A stretch of 63,500 nucleotides of DNA, the filler included, from Sphaeroforma arctica JP610 (taxonomy: Eukaryota): the NCBI RefSeq assembly GCF_001186125.1. It is 7 parts of 2 records of this genome, joined end to end, with 100 filler letters (N's around TTAATTAATTAA, not from the genome) between each part and the next. Parts side by side here need not be neighbours in the genome. Positions count along the whole stretch, not along the records: positions 1 to 13,141 come from NW_014040552.1; 6 more parts are not named here. The stretch is one strand, 5' to 3'. The notes beneath the pieces are model-generated. The model was not told the origin of the DNA. It did no database searches and saw only the letters and a program-made list of their open reading frames with translations. Shown here piece by piece: positions 1 through 12,300 of the stretch. The position numbers were made by a program, and so were the translations under genes. The first letter of the stretch is position 1; the number at the start of each line of letters is the position of its first letter.

Positions 1-69
1 ATGAGCGCAGGGCGGACAGCGCGATTCTTGACTAGTTTACACACATATAGTGGAGCTCGATTTTCTTAC

Positions 70-349
70 TTGTGACAAGTTCGACGAATTCTCCACAAAC
101 CATCACCCCTAGCCATTCGCGGATGTATCTCTCACTTAAACTTGTGTGTTCGGCCAAATCAGAAGACCTCCACCTCGGTCTTTTGAGAGTAAGTTCACGC
201 ATGTGTGTGAATAGTTTTAGCTCGTGTCCAATCGCAACGCACTGGTTTAGAGCGCCGGCTGTTAGCATGTCATTGAACCTGCTTTGAAACGCTTTGCTCT
301 TCTCCTTGTCGATAGGACGCGAGTGTTGATGGGGTTCATTCTCGGCCAT
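70..349 (-). CDS. First exon of a winged-HTH + class I SAM-dependent methyltransferase (Rv2258c-like); gene continues beyond the left window edge
   Basis: ATG at 349. Translation contains 'AIGHELKLF...SSDLAEHTSLSERYIREWLGVMVCGEFVE', the typical N-terminal HTH of this family. Exon ends at a GTAAG donor at 69-65 on the minus strand. Confidence 0.75.
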
Positions 350-869
350 ATTTGAATGTATAAGTGCAGATGAAGTGTTGGTTGTTGTTACTAAAGCGTA
401 TTCTTGTGGATATATTTTATATACCCGAATATTAGATACGTATAGAATACATCAGTGTGTGCGAAAGTTGCGCACCCGCACACCATATGTCGAACCCAGC
501 TGGATTCCCACAAGCCTCAGAAATTACATTTCTCATTAGCTTTGCATGCCGTCTGAGGCTCTGAGCCAGGGCCCGTGCTTCAAGGCTGTTCGTTCATTAT
601 GATGCCTGATGGTATGATTGGTATCCACTCACTTCTATTTCGGATTTAGATAATACTTTTATGATGACACATATTTGACACATAAATGCCACCCAAATAT
701 ATGACAGCAATGTGCATAGTTACAAGCTCCTTGACTTGTGTAGGGCCCTGCATCGTACAATAAAGTATATATCTATATATTTAGCAGAATTACACGCTAA
801 AATAGTTACATCGTAAATGTTCTGGATACTCGAACACTTCAAACTAATTGGACCATTCCATTCGACGAT

Positions 870-2004
870 ATGCTGCTTTCGCGCAGCTTGAAGTTCTTCA
901 TGGGATTGTGTATGCTGGCGTTACTCGTAGCACCAATACAGCAGGTTGAAGCACTCCCTGGCTTCTGCAGATATTGTAAGCACGTCATGGTTTCTCTTAA
1001 TTTTGTCCAGTTTTCAGGAAAGCATTGTGCGTATCATGTTTTGAGTGAATGTGTATTTGTTCACGTGGGTACGTGGTAGTACATATCTGGTGCTTGCTAG
1101 CCAAAGAAACTGTATATGTAGTGACAATATCGTATTCAGATGCCAGAAAACAGGTGGTTAGTGATTAGATAAAATGAACCATTGATGAAATAAATACAGG
1201 ATATATCAGAACACTCTTTCCAAGTACTCAAATAGGCGTGCTTATGTAAGCCATTACAAGCATGCATCGCTTGGTGCCCTACCAATCTTTTAAATTGAAA
1301 ATATTTCGAATTAATAAGCTTTTTCACAGCTTATTTATTCTCAGCTACAGTGTCTTTTAATATTTACAAACAGCTAGGCTCGCTCAATCCACGTGTCGTA
1401 GGAAATACAGTGGTTCTTATATTAAAAAGAGGTTGCATTTGATGCATGCTATAGGGTACGATCTTACCGATCGGCTTGACGACACTTACAATATATTTAT
1501 CTATTTAGCTGGTGTGATACTCGTCTATACAAACCGAGGATCTGAAAAACTAGGCAGTACTTGCATACAACGAACACTTCTTATCAAAGCGAAAATTCGC
1601 TCGCACTATATCACAATCATTGTGTGCCCGATGGCCTAAACCCTAAATAAACACCGCACGGCCGGATGGCCACGATTTCGTCGTTATGTCTGCTTTGTAT
1701 GTACTTACTACATATATGCAACGATTGTATACTCGTCCCAGGTGACTATTGCAGCTTCTGTACGGAATGCAAGGAGTGTCCGTGCGACCATACTGACACG
1801 TGCAAGATGTGTAAATACTGCAAATTCTGCACACTTTGCACCACATGCGACTACGTCTGTGTAGAGGGTGGTGTTGTCGATCGAGTGTCGTCGTGGTTCA
1901 GTCACTTCACCTCACCTGAGGAGATCAATGTCGATGACGAATCTCTTGAAAAGGAGTTGAAGCAGTTGGGCGTTAGTAAACCCAAACGATCAATTAAAAT
2001 GTAA
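870..2004 (+). CDS. Signal-peptide, Cys-rich small protein similar to the C-terminal Cys-rich domain of sarcoplasmic reticulum histidine-rich calcium-binding protein (HRC-like)
   Basis: Exon 1 870-975 (hydrophobic signal peptide, GTAAG donor) joins exon 2 1742-2004 (CAG acceptor) in phase 1, giving ...LPGFCRYCDYCSFCTECKECPCDHTDTCKMCKYCKFCTLCTTCDYVCVEGGVVDRVSSWF... Cys spacing matches my recollection of the HRC C-terminus. Confidence 0.75.
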
Positions 2005-2576
2005 ACAACGTTGAAGATGTAGTTTTGACCGATCGCAGGACCGTGTAGTAGCACGAAAACCCCTTTTAAGCAAGTATCGCCGCCAAAGTGGGATCACTCG
2101 CCACACTCCAGGCTCGCATAGAGACATCTATGCTCTCCTTGCCCCCCTGTAATTGGAGAGAATCGTTGTCTACACCCGAATTTACCTACAGTTGAACCTA
2201 CAGGCGAATATATGAACGAGAACGACAATGTCCGTGGCATACCATACAAAATAATGTCACCATTGATAGTCAACTACTAAACCATCAATATAACTCTAAG
2301 CAATAATGTTAAACCCGCAGCATAGTTCCCGAAAATGCCTTCACGAAGACAAAGTTTCCTCGTGTCAGCAACTCTTAAGGCACTCCCTCGTTTCCAATTG
2401 AATAAAACCCTATCCTTCAGCATTGAATATAGTTTTTATCCGCCATGAGCTACCATGCGTATAAACCCGTGATAGTGAACCAAAAACAATCAGGCCGTGT
2501 GAAAGATCGCATAATCGTTTCTGCAGGCCATATGAGAATGATCAATAGTGAGAGAAGGAAGCCACTTCTAACTTGA

Positions 2577-2832
2577 AAACTTTCGCTTCTCGACCATCGA
2601 ATGTTGCTTTGAATCTAATGAATCATGTAGATAGTAAATATGTAACTGCGAGGTGCATATAAGAGTTAACTTGCCAGTCCTTTACCTTTACTATCTATTG
2701 ACTAAAATTTTCGCTTCTCGACCATCGAATGCTGCTTTGGATCTAATGGATCATGCAAATAGTAAATATGTAACTGCGAGGTGCATATAAGAGTTAACCT
2801 GCCAGTCCTTTACCTTTACTATCTTTTGACTA
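2577..2832. repeat. Tandem duplication, 2 x ~128 bp
   Basis: 'tttcgcttctcgaccatcgaatg...cctttacctttactatc' occurs twice back to back. Confidence 0.9.
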
Positions 2833-2850
2833 ATTATCTCGATTATATTA

Positions 2851-5322
2851 TTAGGCTGCCAAGTTTAGCTTTTTCCTTCGACTACCAGTGACGAAGAACC
2901 ACCAACTACCCAAAATCCCAAAAAGTGACAACAGCCACCACCTCCCTTGTACATCATGCGCTCGCTGTACCTTCAGCTGCTCGACATACTACATTTGGAC
3001 AATGAGAAAACAACGCATGTGAGAAATTATTATTTCGTTCAGATGTTGCATATGATATAAGCTGTAACAAGACTTGCTGATCTTTTCATCATCAATTGGG
3101 TGCATGCATGTATGAGTAAACACAGTGCATATCTACCATGCGAACACGCACTTGGACAGTCGAGGGATACATACGCATGTACGGCCGAACATCCCCGTCA
3201 CGAGAATAGGTGACATACATTCAGTAGTACGTCATTAGAGCTATGTGACAACATGTTACATCAATGCCCAAGTACTTGCTATACAGCAGGCAAACAATAA
3301 ATAGTTAATGTGCCTAAGTGAGCGGCACTGTTCACCGCCGCCAGACAAACAGCGGTAGCATCGATTGAACAGACATGCCTCGCTCTATCCTAGGCTATAC
3401 CATGAGCATAAACGTGCAGAACATATACGTACCTTCGCGTTTTCCGCCTTCTTCTTCAGGAACTGCAAGTGTAGATCCCTGGCGCGTTGCAGGTCTTTCT
3501 CGCTCTCCATTCGCGTCGGCTTAAATAGACTCTGAAACAGTGTAAGAGCAAGAATACAATATTTGTTTATTCTATGAGATTAACCACAACGACAATACAT
3601 GCCACATCATAGCCTTCTAAAATACATACATATACACAACCCGAACTCCCGGATCCATTATGCTAATCTGAGGCCGCCCAACCACAACGACAATACATTA
3701 TCATAGCCGTCTAAAATAGATACATATGCACAACACGAACTCCCGGATCCATTATGCTAATCTGAGGCCGCCCAACAACAACGACAATACATGCCATATC
3801 ATAGCCTTCTTAAATAGATACATATGCACAACACGAACTCCCGGATCCATTATGCTAATCTGAGGCCGCCCAACCACAACGACAATACACGCCATATCAT
3901 AGCCTTCTAAAATAGATACATATACACAACCCGAACTCCCGGATCCATTATGCTAATCCGAGGCCGCCCAACCACAACGACAATACATGCCATATCATAG
4001 CCTTCTAAATAGATACATATTCACAATATGAACTCCCAACTCCCGGATCCGTTATGCTAATCTGAGGCCGCCCTGTGCGACCCTGGAAAGTGAAGACAGG
4101 TACATGGCACTAACTAGTAAAAGCCATCGAACCGAAAAGAGAGTACGTGCAGTGCTGAGGTGTGATCTGTGAGAAGCATCAAGCGCACGTGCATGCGAGA
4201 AATGTATATTCATCGTCTCGTATGCACAATATGCCAGCCCATAACATGATGTCTTCTATTGTGTACATACCGTGCCTGGATGATGCGATTTGCGAGCAAC
4301 TGTCCCGATTCGATATTCCCTATTGTATATCAAACGCTTTGTTTCATCACCCAATGTCTCGTATGCCAAATTGATTGCGGCAAACTGTTCTGTCGTATCC
4401 GATTTACCTGATGTCGCAGAGAATTAAAGGTGTTCCGATCGGCTAGCAGTTTAGTAATCTGTGATTCAAGACGTTTAGTATATAGTTGGGAGAAGAACCA
4501 GTTCGCAAAAAATGCATGACAACAGTGAAAACCATGCACTCAGGTAAGGTGCTTCATTCATTTATATCATAGGAATGGACGCCTTGCAATGTACAATAGT
4601 TTCGCTAGAGAAGAAGCTAACGCTGAAAACCTACTTCGATCTTTGAGAGTGCCAGATGAATACATACGCATCCCATAATGTATATACGAGTACTAGCGGC
4701 CATGAATTGTGCGCATATGAAAAGAAATGCTATATCACCGCAAAAAAAAATTACAAATATACTTTTGAGTACGTGGGCTATGCACATGTAGAAGAACATA
4801 CGCACGCTCAATTGTTCTTGACAGTACCACCACTATTCATTGACATCAAACTCTTGGGCTAAACATACACACATGCGCACATCCCTTTTAAATACATATC
4901 GTTAGGAATTGGCAAACTATTCTGGTTCTACGACGATCCATGCATCAGTCGACATTAAATAATCACGACATGTCAGTCAATTTCCGCACGGATACATGTT
5001 TATTTAGAATGTACACATATATTCCAAAATGCATACACATACATCAATGCATACGCATGTGTGCAATTTCAGATAAAAACAAATAGGCATATATATAAAA
5101 CGTACATAGTCAATTTCAATAGGTGTTTCAATTTCGTCGAGAAACAATCGTTCATTTCACAAGATCAAAGTAGTCAAACATACGGGATACGGACAGAAAA
5201 TTATGCATGCATCAACTATTTGACCAGACACCTTGTAAATAATCACAAATCAACTATGGACTCTACAGAAACCAACCAAAATGAGTCCATGAGATTATAT
5301 GAATAAGTATATATATTCAAGC

Positions 5323-5372
<50 letters not shown>

Positions 5373-5532
5373 TGTGTTGTGTAGTGTGTAGTAGTAGTGT
5401 AGTTGTAGTAGTGTAGTATGTNNNNNNNNNNNNNNNNNNNNCATACATGTATACTACTAACTAACTAACTACTACTAACTACTATACTATAACTAATAAA
5501 TTAACTAACTAACTATAGACATACATACTTAC

Positions 5533-5563
<31 letters not shown>

Positions 5564-5862
5564 CATACATACATAGTGTGTGTATGTATACGTGTATGTA
5601 TGCATGTATATATGTTTGTTTGTATGTATGCATGCATGTATGTATGTATGTATGTACGCATGTATGTATGTATGCATGTATGTATGTATGTATATATGTA
5701 TGTATGCATGTATGTATGTATGTATGTATGTATGTATGTATGTATGTATGTATTTACGTATATACGTATGTATATATATGTATGTATGTATGTGTGTATG
5801 TATGTATGTATATATGTATATATGTATGTATGTATGTGTGTATGTATGCATATATGTATGTA

Positions 5863-5905
<43 letters not shown>

Positions 5906-6006
5906 ATATATGAATGTATGCATTTATGTATGTATGTATATATGAATGTATGCATGTATGTATGTATATATGTATATGTATGTATGTATGTATCAAGGTA
6001 TGTATG

Positions 6007-6041
<35 letters not shown>

Positions 6042-6175
6042 TATGTGTGTATGTTTGTATGTATATATGCATGCATATATGTATGTGTATGTATGTATGT
6101 GTGCATGTGTGTGTGTGTGTTATTTTGTGTTTGTGTGTGTGTTTGTGGGTATATATATATGTGTGTATATATATT

Positions 6176-6221
<46 letters not shown>

Positions 6222-6490
6222 CGTGTGTGTGTGTATCTATATATTTACAATTGTATATTCAACTGCTGAGGAACAATAGGACCAAAGTTTAACTGATTAT
6301 TTGCAGCTGAGGGGATATTGTAACGGGATATTTAAACGCCGACGCGTATTCATATAACTGTACCGAGATTCTTATCAGGATGTAGAGACACGACCAGCTT
6401 GCGATATCTATCCTTAATTTCTTTTTGTGTTGCCGAATGCGAGACGCCCATGATAGTGTACAGGCTGTCTTTCCTTCTCGTTGTAGACAT
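2851..6490 (-). CDS. DnaJ/J-domain protein, probably with a C-terminal transmembrane segment
   Basis: Exon 6490-6364 encodes MSTTRRKDSLYTIMGVSHSATQKEIKDRYRKLVVSLHPDKN (HPD motif). Candidate downstream GT-AG exons: 6306-6249, 4458-4408 (ITKLLADRNTFNSLRHQ), 3531-3433 (SLFKPTRMESEKDLQRARDLHLQFLKKKAENAK) and 2988-2851 (YVEQLK...RWWLLSLFGILGSWWFFVTGSRRKKLNLAA*). The J-domain exon is secure. Linkage of the later exons is inferred, and a gap at 5422-5441 lies between them. Confidence 0.6.
3582..4073. repeat. Intronic minisatellite, ~5 x 94 bp
   Basis: Unit 'aaccacaacgacaatacatgccatatcatagccttctaaaatagatacatatacacaacccgaactcccggatccattatgctaatctgaggccgccc'. Confidence 0.9.
5326..6243. repeat. Compound microsatellite (AT)n/(TATG)n/(TG)n
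   Basis: Directly visible. It is the source of the many spurious HTYI/MYVC ORFs. Confidence 0.95.
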
Positions 6491-6907
6491 GGACCGATGT
6501 GTGCAACTATTGAAAACAGGGTCACCACGCTTTAGCTCTCTAGAAAAATACATCGAGGTATGTCTGATCCTGTAAAAACTGTCGTGTTGTGCAGCACGAT
6601 TTCTTAGTGCGTACATACTATTCTTTTAACTGTCCACACCTAAGTTGCAAACATATGATATAGTAGATGTACGTGCAGGTGTACTATGATCATTGATCGT
6701 AAGGTAAAGTTTGAATTCATCGATGGAGTTTTAGGAGTATCACCTCTTTATGATTACTCACCACAAGAAGACTTCAAATTCAAAAAAAAAAGGTCCACAA
6801 GGCTTTTTTGGTGGACAATTTTATCTTTTTTTTTCCTTTTTCTCGACAATTTTGTTGTTTTATTATAAAAAATATAATTTTGTAATCTTGATCGACTCAA
6901 AACACAA

Positions 6908-7327
6908 TGTAACGGTGAACCTAGTTTATTTCCTTGATAGTTGAATAAACGTCTACCTTAGCAGAATGAATATCTTGAATGAACTAAACCACGTATTTAT
7001 ACTATCTCCGAAGGATTCCCTTGAGAATCCTGCCGCCAATCAAATCGTGTATCTACTCAATTTCGAGCCTGCAAGTCCATTCAACATATATCGTCATCTG
7101 CCAACCTCCAGCTCATATTGCCCCGCACTTCGGTTCGAAAAGCACCAATCATAGACCAACCTCCTCTTCTTTCGAGCCTGCGCGGCCGTTCGCCAACAAA
7201 CCGCACAATACAACTTAGAACTTTTCAAACTTATTAGTTTTCACACTTATAAGTTATCGCCCACACTTAGAAGTTCTCGCACTCTTATTAACGCCCAGGA
7301 ACATTACCGAACAGTTCGGTACTTACA
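6908..7327. mobile_element. Candidate LTR of the older retroelement
   Basis: Begins TGTAA and ends TTACA (5-bp inverted termini), and lies distal to degenerate gag/protease/RNase H remnants. No partner LTR or target-site duplication found. Confidence 0.3.
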
Positions 7328-7329
7328 AC

Positions 7330-9070
7330 ACCAACATTATTTTATACCGGAGGTAAACATGGTTGACATTACAATTTTGGACTTTTTGTGTATTTATATA
7401 AATTTGGGCCTCTACATATATATGTAGACTCTGCCGCTCTGGTCTCTGATGTCTGAGGACTGAAGTCGTGTACATATGTATTTCATAGCCTTCTTTTTCA
7501 TAAGAGTGTTCAGTGTCCACTGTTCTGGACCAGGACTGTCTGGCTCTGAGTGGCAACTGGCAAGTGGCAGCAGGACTGAAGACACACCACCAGCAGATTT
7601 TAGCATAATACGCCACGACCGCCATAAAACAAAGCAACAGTAGGGACCGACGGGTTACGCAAACCATAAAGCCGGCGCTGAAACAGGCTATTTCAGAACG
7701 CCCGTGGAAATTAAATACATACTGAAGTGGTTCGACGCAATCACTGCGTAACGGCCCCACTATCGTCCACCCCCAGGACGATTTCCTTAGCTGCTTTGTC
7801 TCTGAAGATGAGACCGTTTTGCTCACGAGACATAAAGATGGACATATCCCCAAGCATATGCGAGGAATTTAGGAACTCCTGTTGCACCGGACCATACAGA
7901 CACCGTAATATAACTACTGTCTTCGCTACCGCAAACAAACTGAAATACTCCTAAGAACTTTGATACAGGCATGATCTTGACAGGCTCTCGCGTGGTCTGT
8001 GGTAACGTAACCAGCGTTTTGTGATCTGTATGAAGCACAAAGGCATACTTTGTCTATTATGGACGCCAGTGCCTTGAAAATGAGTAGAGAACTGCATACA
8101 AAAAGGAGTAATTATCCTACAACATCACAAGGTTATGACCTTTTTCCGTGCCACCAGGTACATAACCAGATACTCCGCTATCAGCTCGTTTGCCAGTTTC
8201 CTACCTTTATTCTTCGGGACCTTCTTTGTTTTGCAGCTCAGTGGCGCCACGGTTGACGTCTTCCCAGTGACAAAATAGATAAATAGTTCTTTGTTGACTT
8301 CACTTATTTCAAACTTAACACTCTTCACTAAGCAATTCTCATATTTAACCACGTGTAAATCTGAATAAATGAACTTAGACAGAAGTGCCATTGGAAACGG
8401 AATATGTCTTTCTGCTATATTTGTTAATTACGTTCCCATGTGAAACAAGGTTCTCCCATATTATAGTTTATTTTAACCCTCTGGTAGCCCATCTGAATCA
8501 TTACAAGTAGCAGCTATCGCTCACGTAAAAATAAACCCTTTGTGTGTCAGTTATTGTAAAATCTTCTCGCTGTAGGGAGCGATGATGTATTCAACTTTTC
8601 AGCCGCATCTGGTCACAGTACACCGTATTTACAACCTGACTGTAGCAAAATGTCGATTTCCTCATAGTCACAACATCCACAGAACACCGCGAGCCATCTG
8701 CCACTCTCTCCCACCTCTGCTGGCGTCGAATCAGGCATCTGATCATCCCCATCCACGAGATTAACTCGAGGGCGGAAAGTATTACCCGGTGCCTGTTGTG
8801 TGCGCGCGGATGTTTCCCCAGCCGATGTACAGTGTTGTGGTGGCGCACCCCCATGTCTCGTATGGCTGCCCGTGTTAGTTGATATCGGTGCTCTCATTAA
8901 CTTTGGACAACGTGGTGCGTGTGCTGGGCCAGGAGGGAGATTCTGTTCACATGACCGGCAACGAGCCCTATGGTTCGATGCTGGCGGCCAATGCAGATTA
9001 GCTCGTGTGTTTGCCTCTACACGCATTCGTGTGCGTGGACGTGATTGTAGCGGTCGGGAAAGGTTTTCCC
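7330..9070 (-). mobile_element. Heavily decayed Ty3/Gypsy-like internal remnant (gag knuckle-like, aspartic protease, RNase H fragment)
   Basis: Minus strand reads 'CRSCEQNLPPGPAHAPRCP' (Zn-knuckle-like), then 'EEIDILLQSGCKYGVL*PDAAEKLN' (LLDSG protease motif, decayed) near 8580-8660, then 'RHWRP**TKYAFVLHTDHKTL' (RNase H TDHK motif) near 8015-8075. Confidence 0.45.
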
Positions 9071-9330
9071 TGTAATATTCGGTCTATCAAGGCGATATTA
9101 ACGTCTTAGAGTAATTGAACGCTTAGGTTAAATCTACGTATAGTGAAATTTGAAATAAATAAACGAAATGAGTCTTTAGTAAAGTTAGGTATGCCTCATG
9201 AAAACAGCAATACTCTTGATGTCTTTTGTTATTATCTTAACCAATATCTTTCCACTTATCAAGAATTACCGACTTGCCATCATCAGACTGGCACATCTGG
9301 TTGGCTGAACGGAAGATCAACTAGGTAACA
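9071..9330. mobile_element. Candidate 3' LTR of the younger Gypsy element
   Basis: TGTAAT...GTAACA termini; abrupt GC-to-AT composition shift at 9071; lies downstream of the integrase on the minus strand. Confidence 0.4.
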
Positions 9331-12300
9331 TTAATAGTCCCTAGAAAATTTTTTCGGTTGAGCCATCTCGCTACCGAAGTATTCAGATATAAATAGATTT
9401 GGAATAAAATTTAGTTCTATTAATAAAACTATTCCAAATCCTATCTTTGGCATTTTAATCGGGCCTTTTAATGGCCTTCATCGAAACATCTGATATGTAA
9501 AATGGAAAAGGTATTAATTAATAAAACCGTTAAAAACGGGTCGAAACATTAAGTAGCATAACACATAGTTAATGTTTTTTAGACGAAGAACTTAAGCGTT
9601 CTCGGTTACCCTGGGAGTTTTGGGCTTAGGCCCAGTAGGTCCGTGGTGGTCAACTGGACGTTTCTTACGATTCAGTGTCTTAAGCACATATGAAGGATGA
9701 GCATTAAAGCTCGGGATAAATGCTGTAGGCGGGTAAGTTTTAACTTTCGTGCCTTCAGACGATGGAAACATGCTATCTTTATCAGCTTGTGACTTAAGCA
9801 GGCGTTTACGCCATTTTTGATTAAAGGCTTTTAAAAGCCTTGATTATCGAAAGAATCTGAAGTCAACTCAGCGATTGTACCGTCTATAAAGCGAGTACGA
9901 TAGTATGTATATCCTCTTTTATTCGTTCTTCATATTATATCTTTAAATTCGGAGCGGTCAAGAGGGACATTAGAATCATGTCTTCTTGCGAGTATAATCT
10001 CTGTAGTCGGAGTACGACTTGTGCCTATATTAAGCGCACTAGAACCATCGGGGTTATTTACCTCGTACGTTCCACTTTTAGTGTCTGCTACAGAGATTAT
10101 ATATGGACCTATTCATTTAGATATTAATACAGTAGCATCGGAATTATGTTGACGGATGTTAACTCTGTCACCGACCTGATACTCTGCTATCTTCTTGGTA
10201 GTGTTCCAACGCCTTCGCCTCTTTTAATAAGGCTATATTGCGTATTTCTCTCAAGCAAGGATATACAACGTTATAAATACGTTGTACCTTCTCTAACCAT
10301 GGTAACTCAGGGTGATCCGGTTCGTCCTTGCTAAAGGTTATTTGTAACTCACTATATCCGCCACGAAAATAGTGAGCGGGTGTAGTTCCTGTAACCGGAT
10401 CAGCACACTCGTTCATCTGTGTTTGTACCCACTTAAGGTGGTACGGCCAATCATCTGCATCCTCCGTTAATGTAGTACGTAAGAAGAACTTAAGTCTTCT
10501 ATGGCGCGTTTCATTCGCCCCTTGCGTTTGCGGTTTATATGGCACACCTCTCTTATGGCATATGCCTGATACAAGTGCTAGCGATTCCATTACGTCATCG
10601 CAGAACTCACTACCGTTAACAGAGCACATAATACCTGGCCACCCGTGGTCAGCAAAGATTTGGCAACCTAATTCTGCCACGGTCTGCGTATTCTTATCCT
10701 TTAATGGATAGAGCAAGTTGAACCGTGACGCCACATCAAAGAAGTGGCATAAGTAACGGTCACTTGTGTGCTCGGACGTAGGCAGGTCAACCAGATCAAT
10801 GATGACCCTGCGCTATGGAACATCTTCGGTCACATACTTAAGTGGTGCGAACCCATAGCGCTTGATCTGATTGAGATCACAGTTTGTACATAACTGATAT
10901 ACTTTATCCACTAAAGTTGCCAACTTAGGGTGCGCTAACCCATTTTGCTTGGCATCTTTAAGTGCTTCTACTACGTTCTGGTGCTTCAGCTTATGATTTT
11001 GCGTTAGCCAAGCGAGAATGTTTTCATCATTCCGCTCTTCCAGAATAAAGGTAGGGTGTTGAGAATCCACTTGCGTATGCTCTAAGTCTGTAGTGTTTTC
11101 ATACTCCTGACCCTTTACTGCGTGCGCATCTTTAGTACGTTCATAACCATTTGCTACACTCGACTTATTTAATAGTCGCATTATATGTGCATGTACTTCA
11201 GGGTTATCTTTCATTAATCCCTTTAAAAAATAGGGTTTGAAAGATTTAGGGCTTGGACTTTATATTATTAAATAAAGTCCGGGCTAGAGATTGACACTTC
11301 TTAACTGTAGTGTCAATAGTAGATTGTATCTCTTGTATACAAACTTCGCGTACTCTATTGCCATTGAACTGCTTAACGTTCAAATTAGTAGAGAGTGGAA
11401 TCTCTGATTCTTTGACCTTATTAAGAAAGGGCTCAGAAGGGGTCCATTTGGTTGTTCAAATGGAACCTATACGACATATTATAGTATGTCTCCAGGGCGT
11501 CTTCTGGACGGCTCGGGTACCCTGATATAGAAAAGTATCTACTTCCCTATCTAAATATATTGGCTCGCATTGTATCATGCTTATTAATTTATTGAGCCAT
11601 GGATCTTTACTCCGAAATGGGCAACACAACGTGATGGTAGCTTTATGTATATGAACATAATTTAATAGCTGGGCAATTAACTGCCATGGTGGATTAGCCC
11701 ACGCATTATGTTTTGGAGAGGTCTATTTGAAAGGCGTCTCCCAAAGGATGATTTAAAGTCCTGTAATTCGATAGTTGTGCATTATGATATGCAGCAAACA
11801 TAACTATGGTATGTGGCCCAAATATCTTTTGAGCCAGTTCAAACCACCTGAGATTACATATCCAGTCAGTGGCTAGTAACTCACGTACGGATATTTAAAG
11901 TCCGGTACGAAGCGTGATAACATATCCGGTAAATGGTTATGTATTTCTGGCAGATGTTTTATATCAAAATGAAACTTTGATATTGTATCATGCCAGCGAC
12001 TCAGTAATTGTGAGTCGGGTTTCATCTCTTTCATATATTGGAGAGATTTCTGATCACACATCAGCGTAAATGCTGTTCTGTATAAATAATCTCGGAAGTG
12101 TGTTAGAGCTGCCACGATGGCTAATAGCTTTTGTTTAACAGTTGATTAATTCGACTGTGAAGCATTCATTGCTCGACTAAAGAATTGTATATATCTAGGC
12201 TTGTTATCTATAACCTGATATAATACCCCTTTTAAGGCTAAGTCGGAGGCGTCCGTTGCTATGTCAAACGGCACGGCATCAACTGGTCCTTGTACAACAG

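Noticed and set aside
3582..4073. Regularly spaced repeats resembling a CRISPR array (also 26492-26997 and 53660-54258)
   Set aside because: Whole units repeat with no unique spacers, there are no cas genes, and the context is a eukaryotic intron.
5513..6292. Many overlapping long ORFs (HTYI/MYVC repeats); likewise at 20659-21406, 37823-39150 and 58994-59342
   Set aside because: These are translations of stop-free microsatellites and N-gaps.
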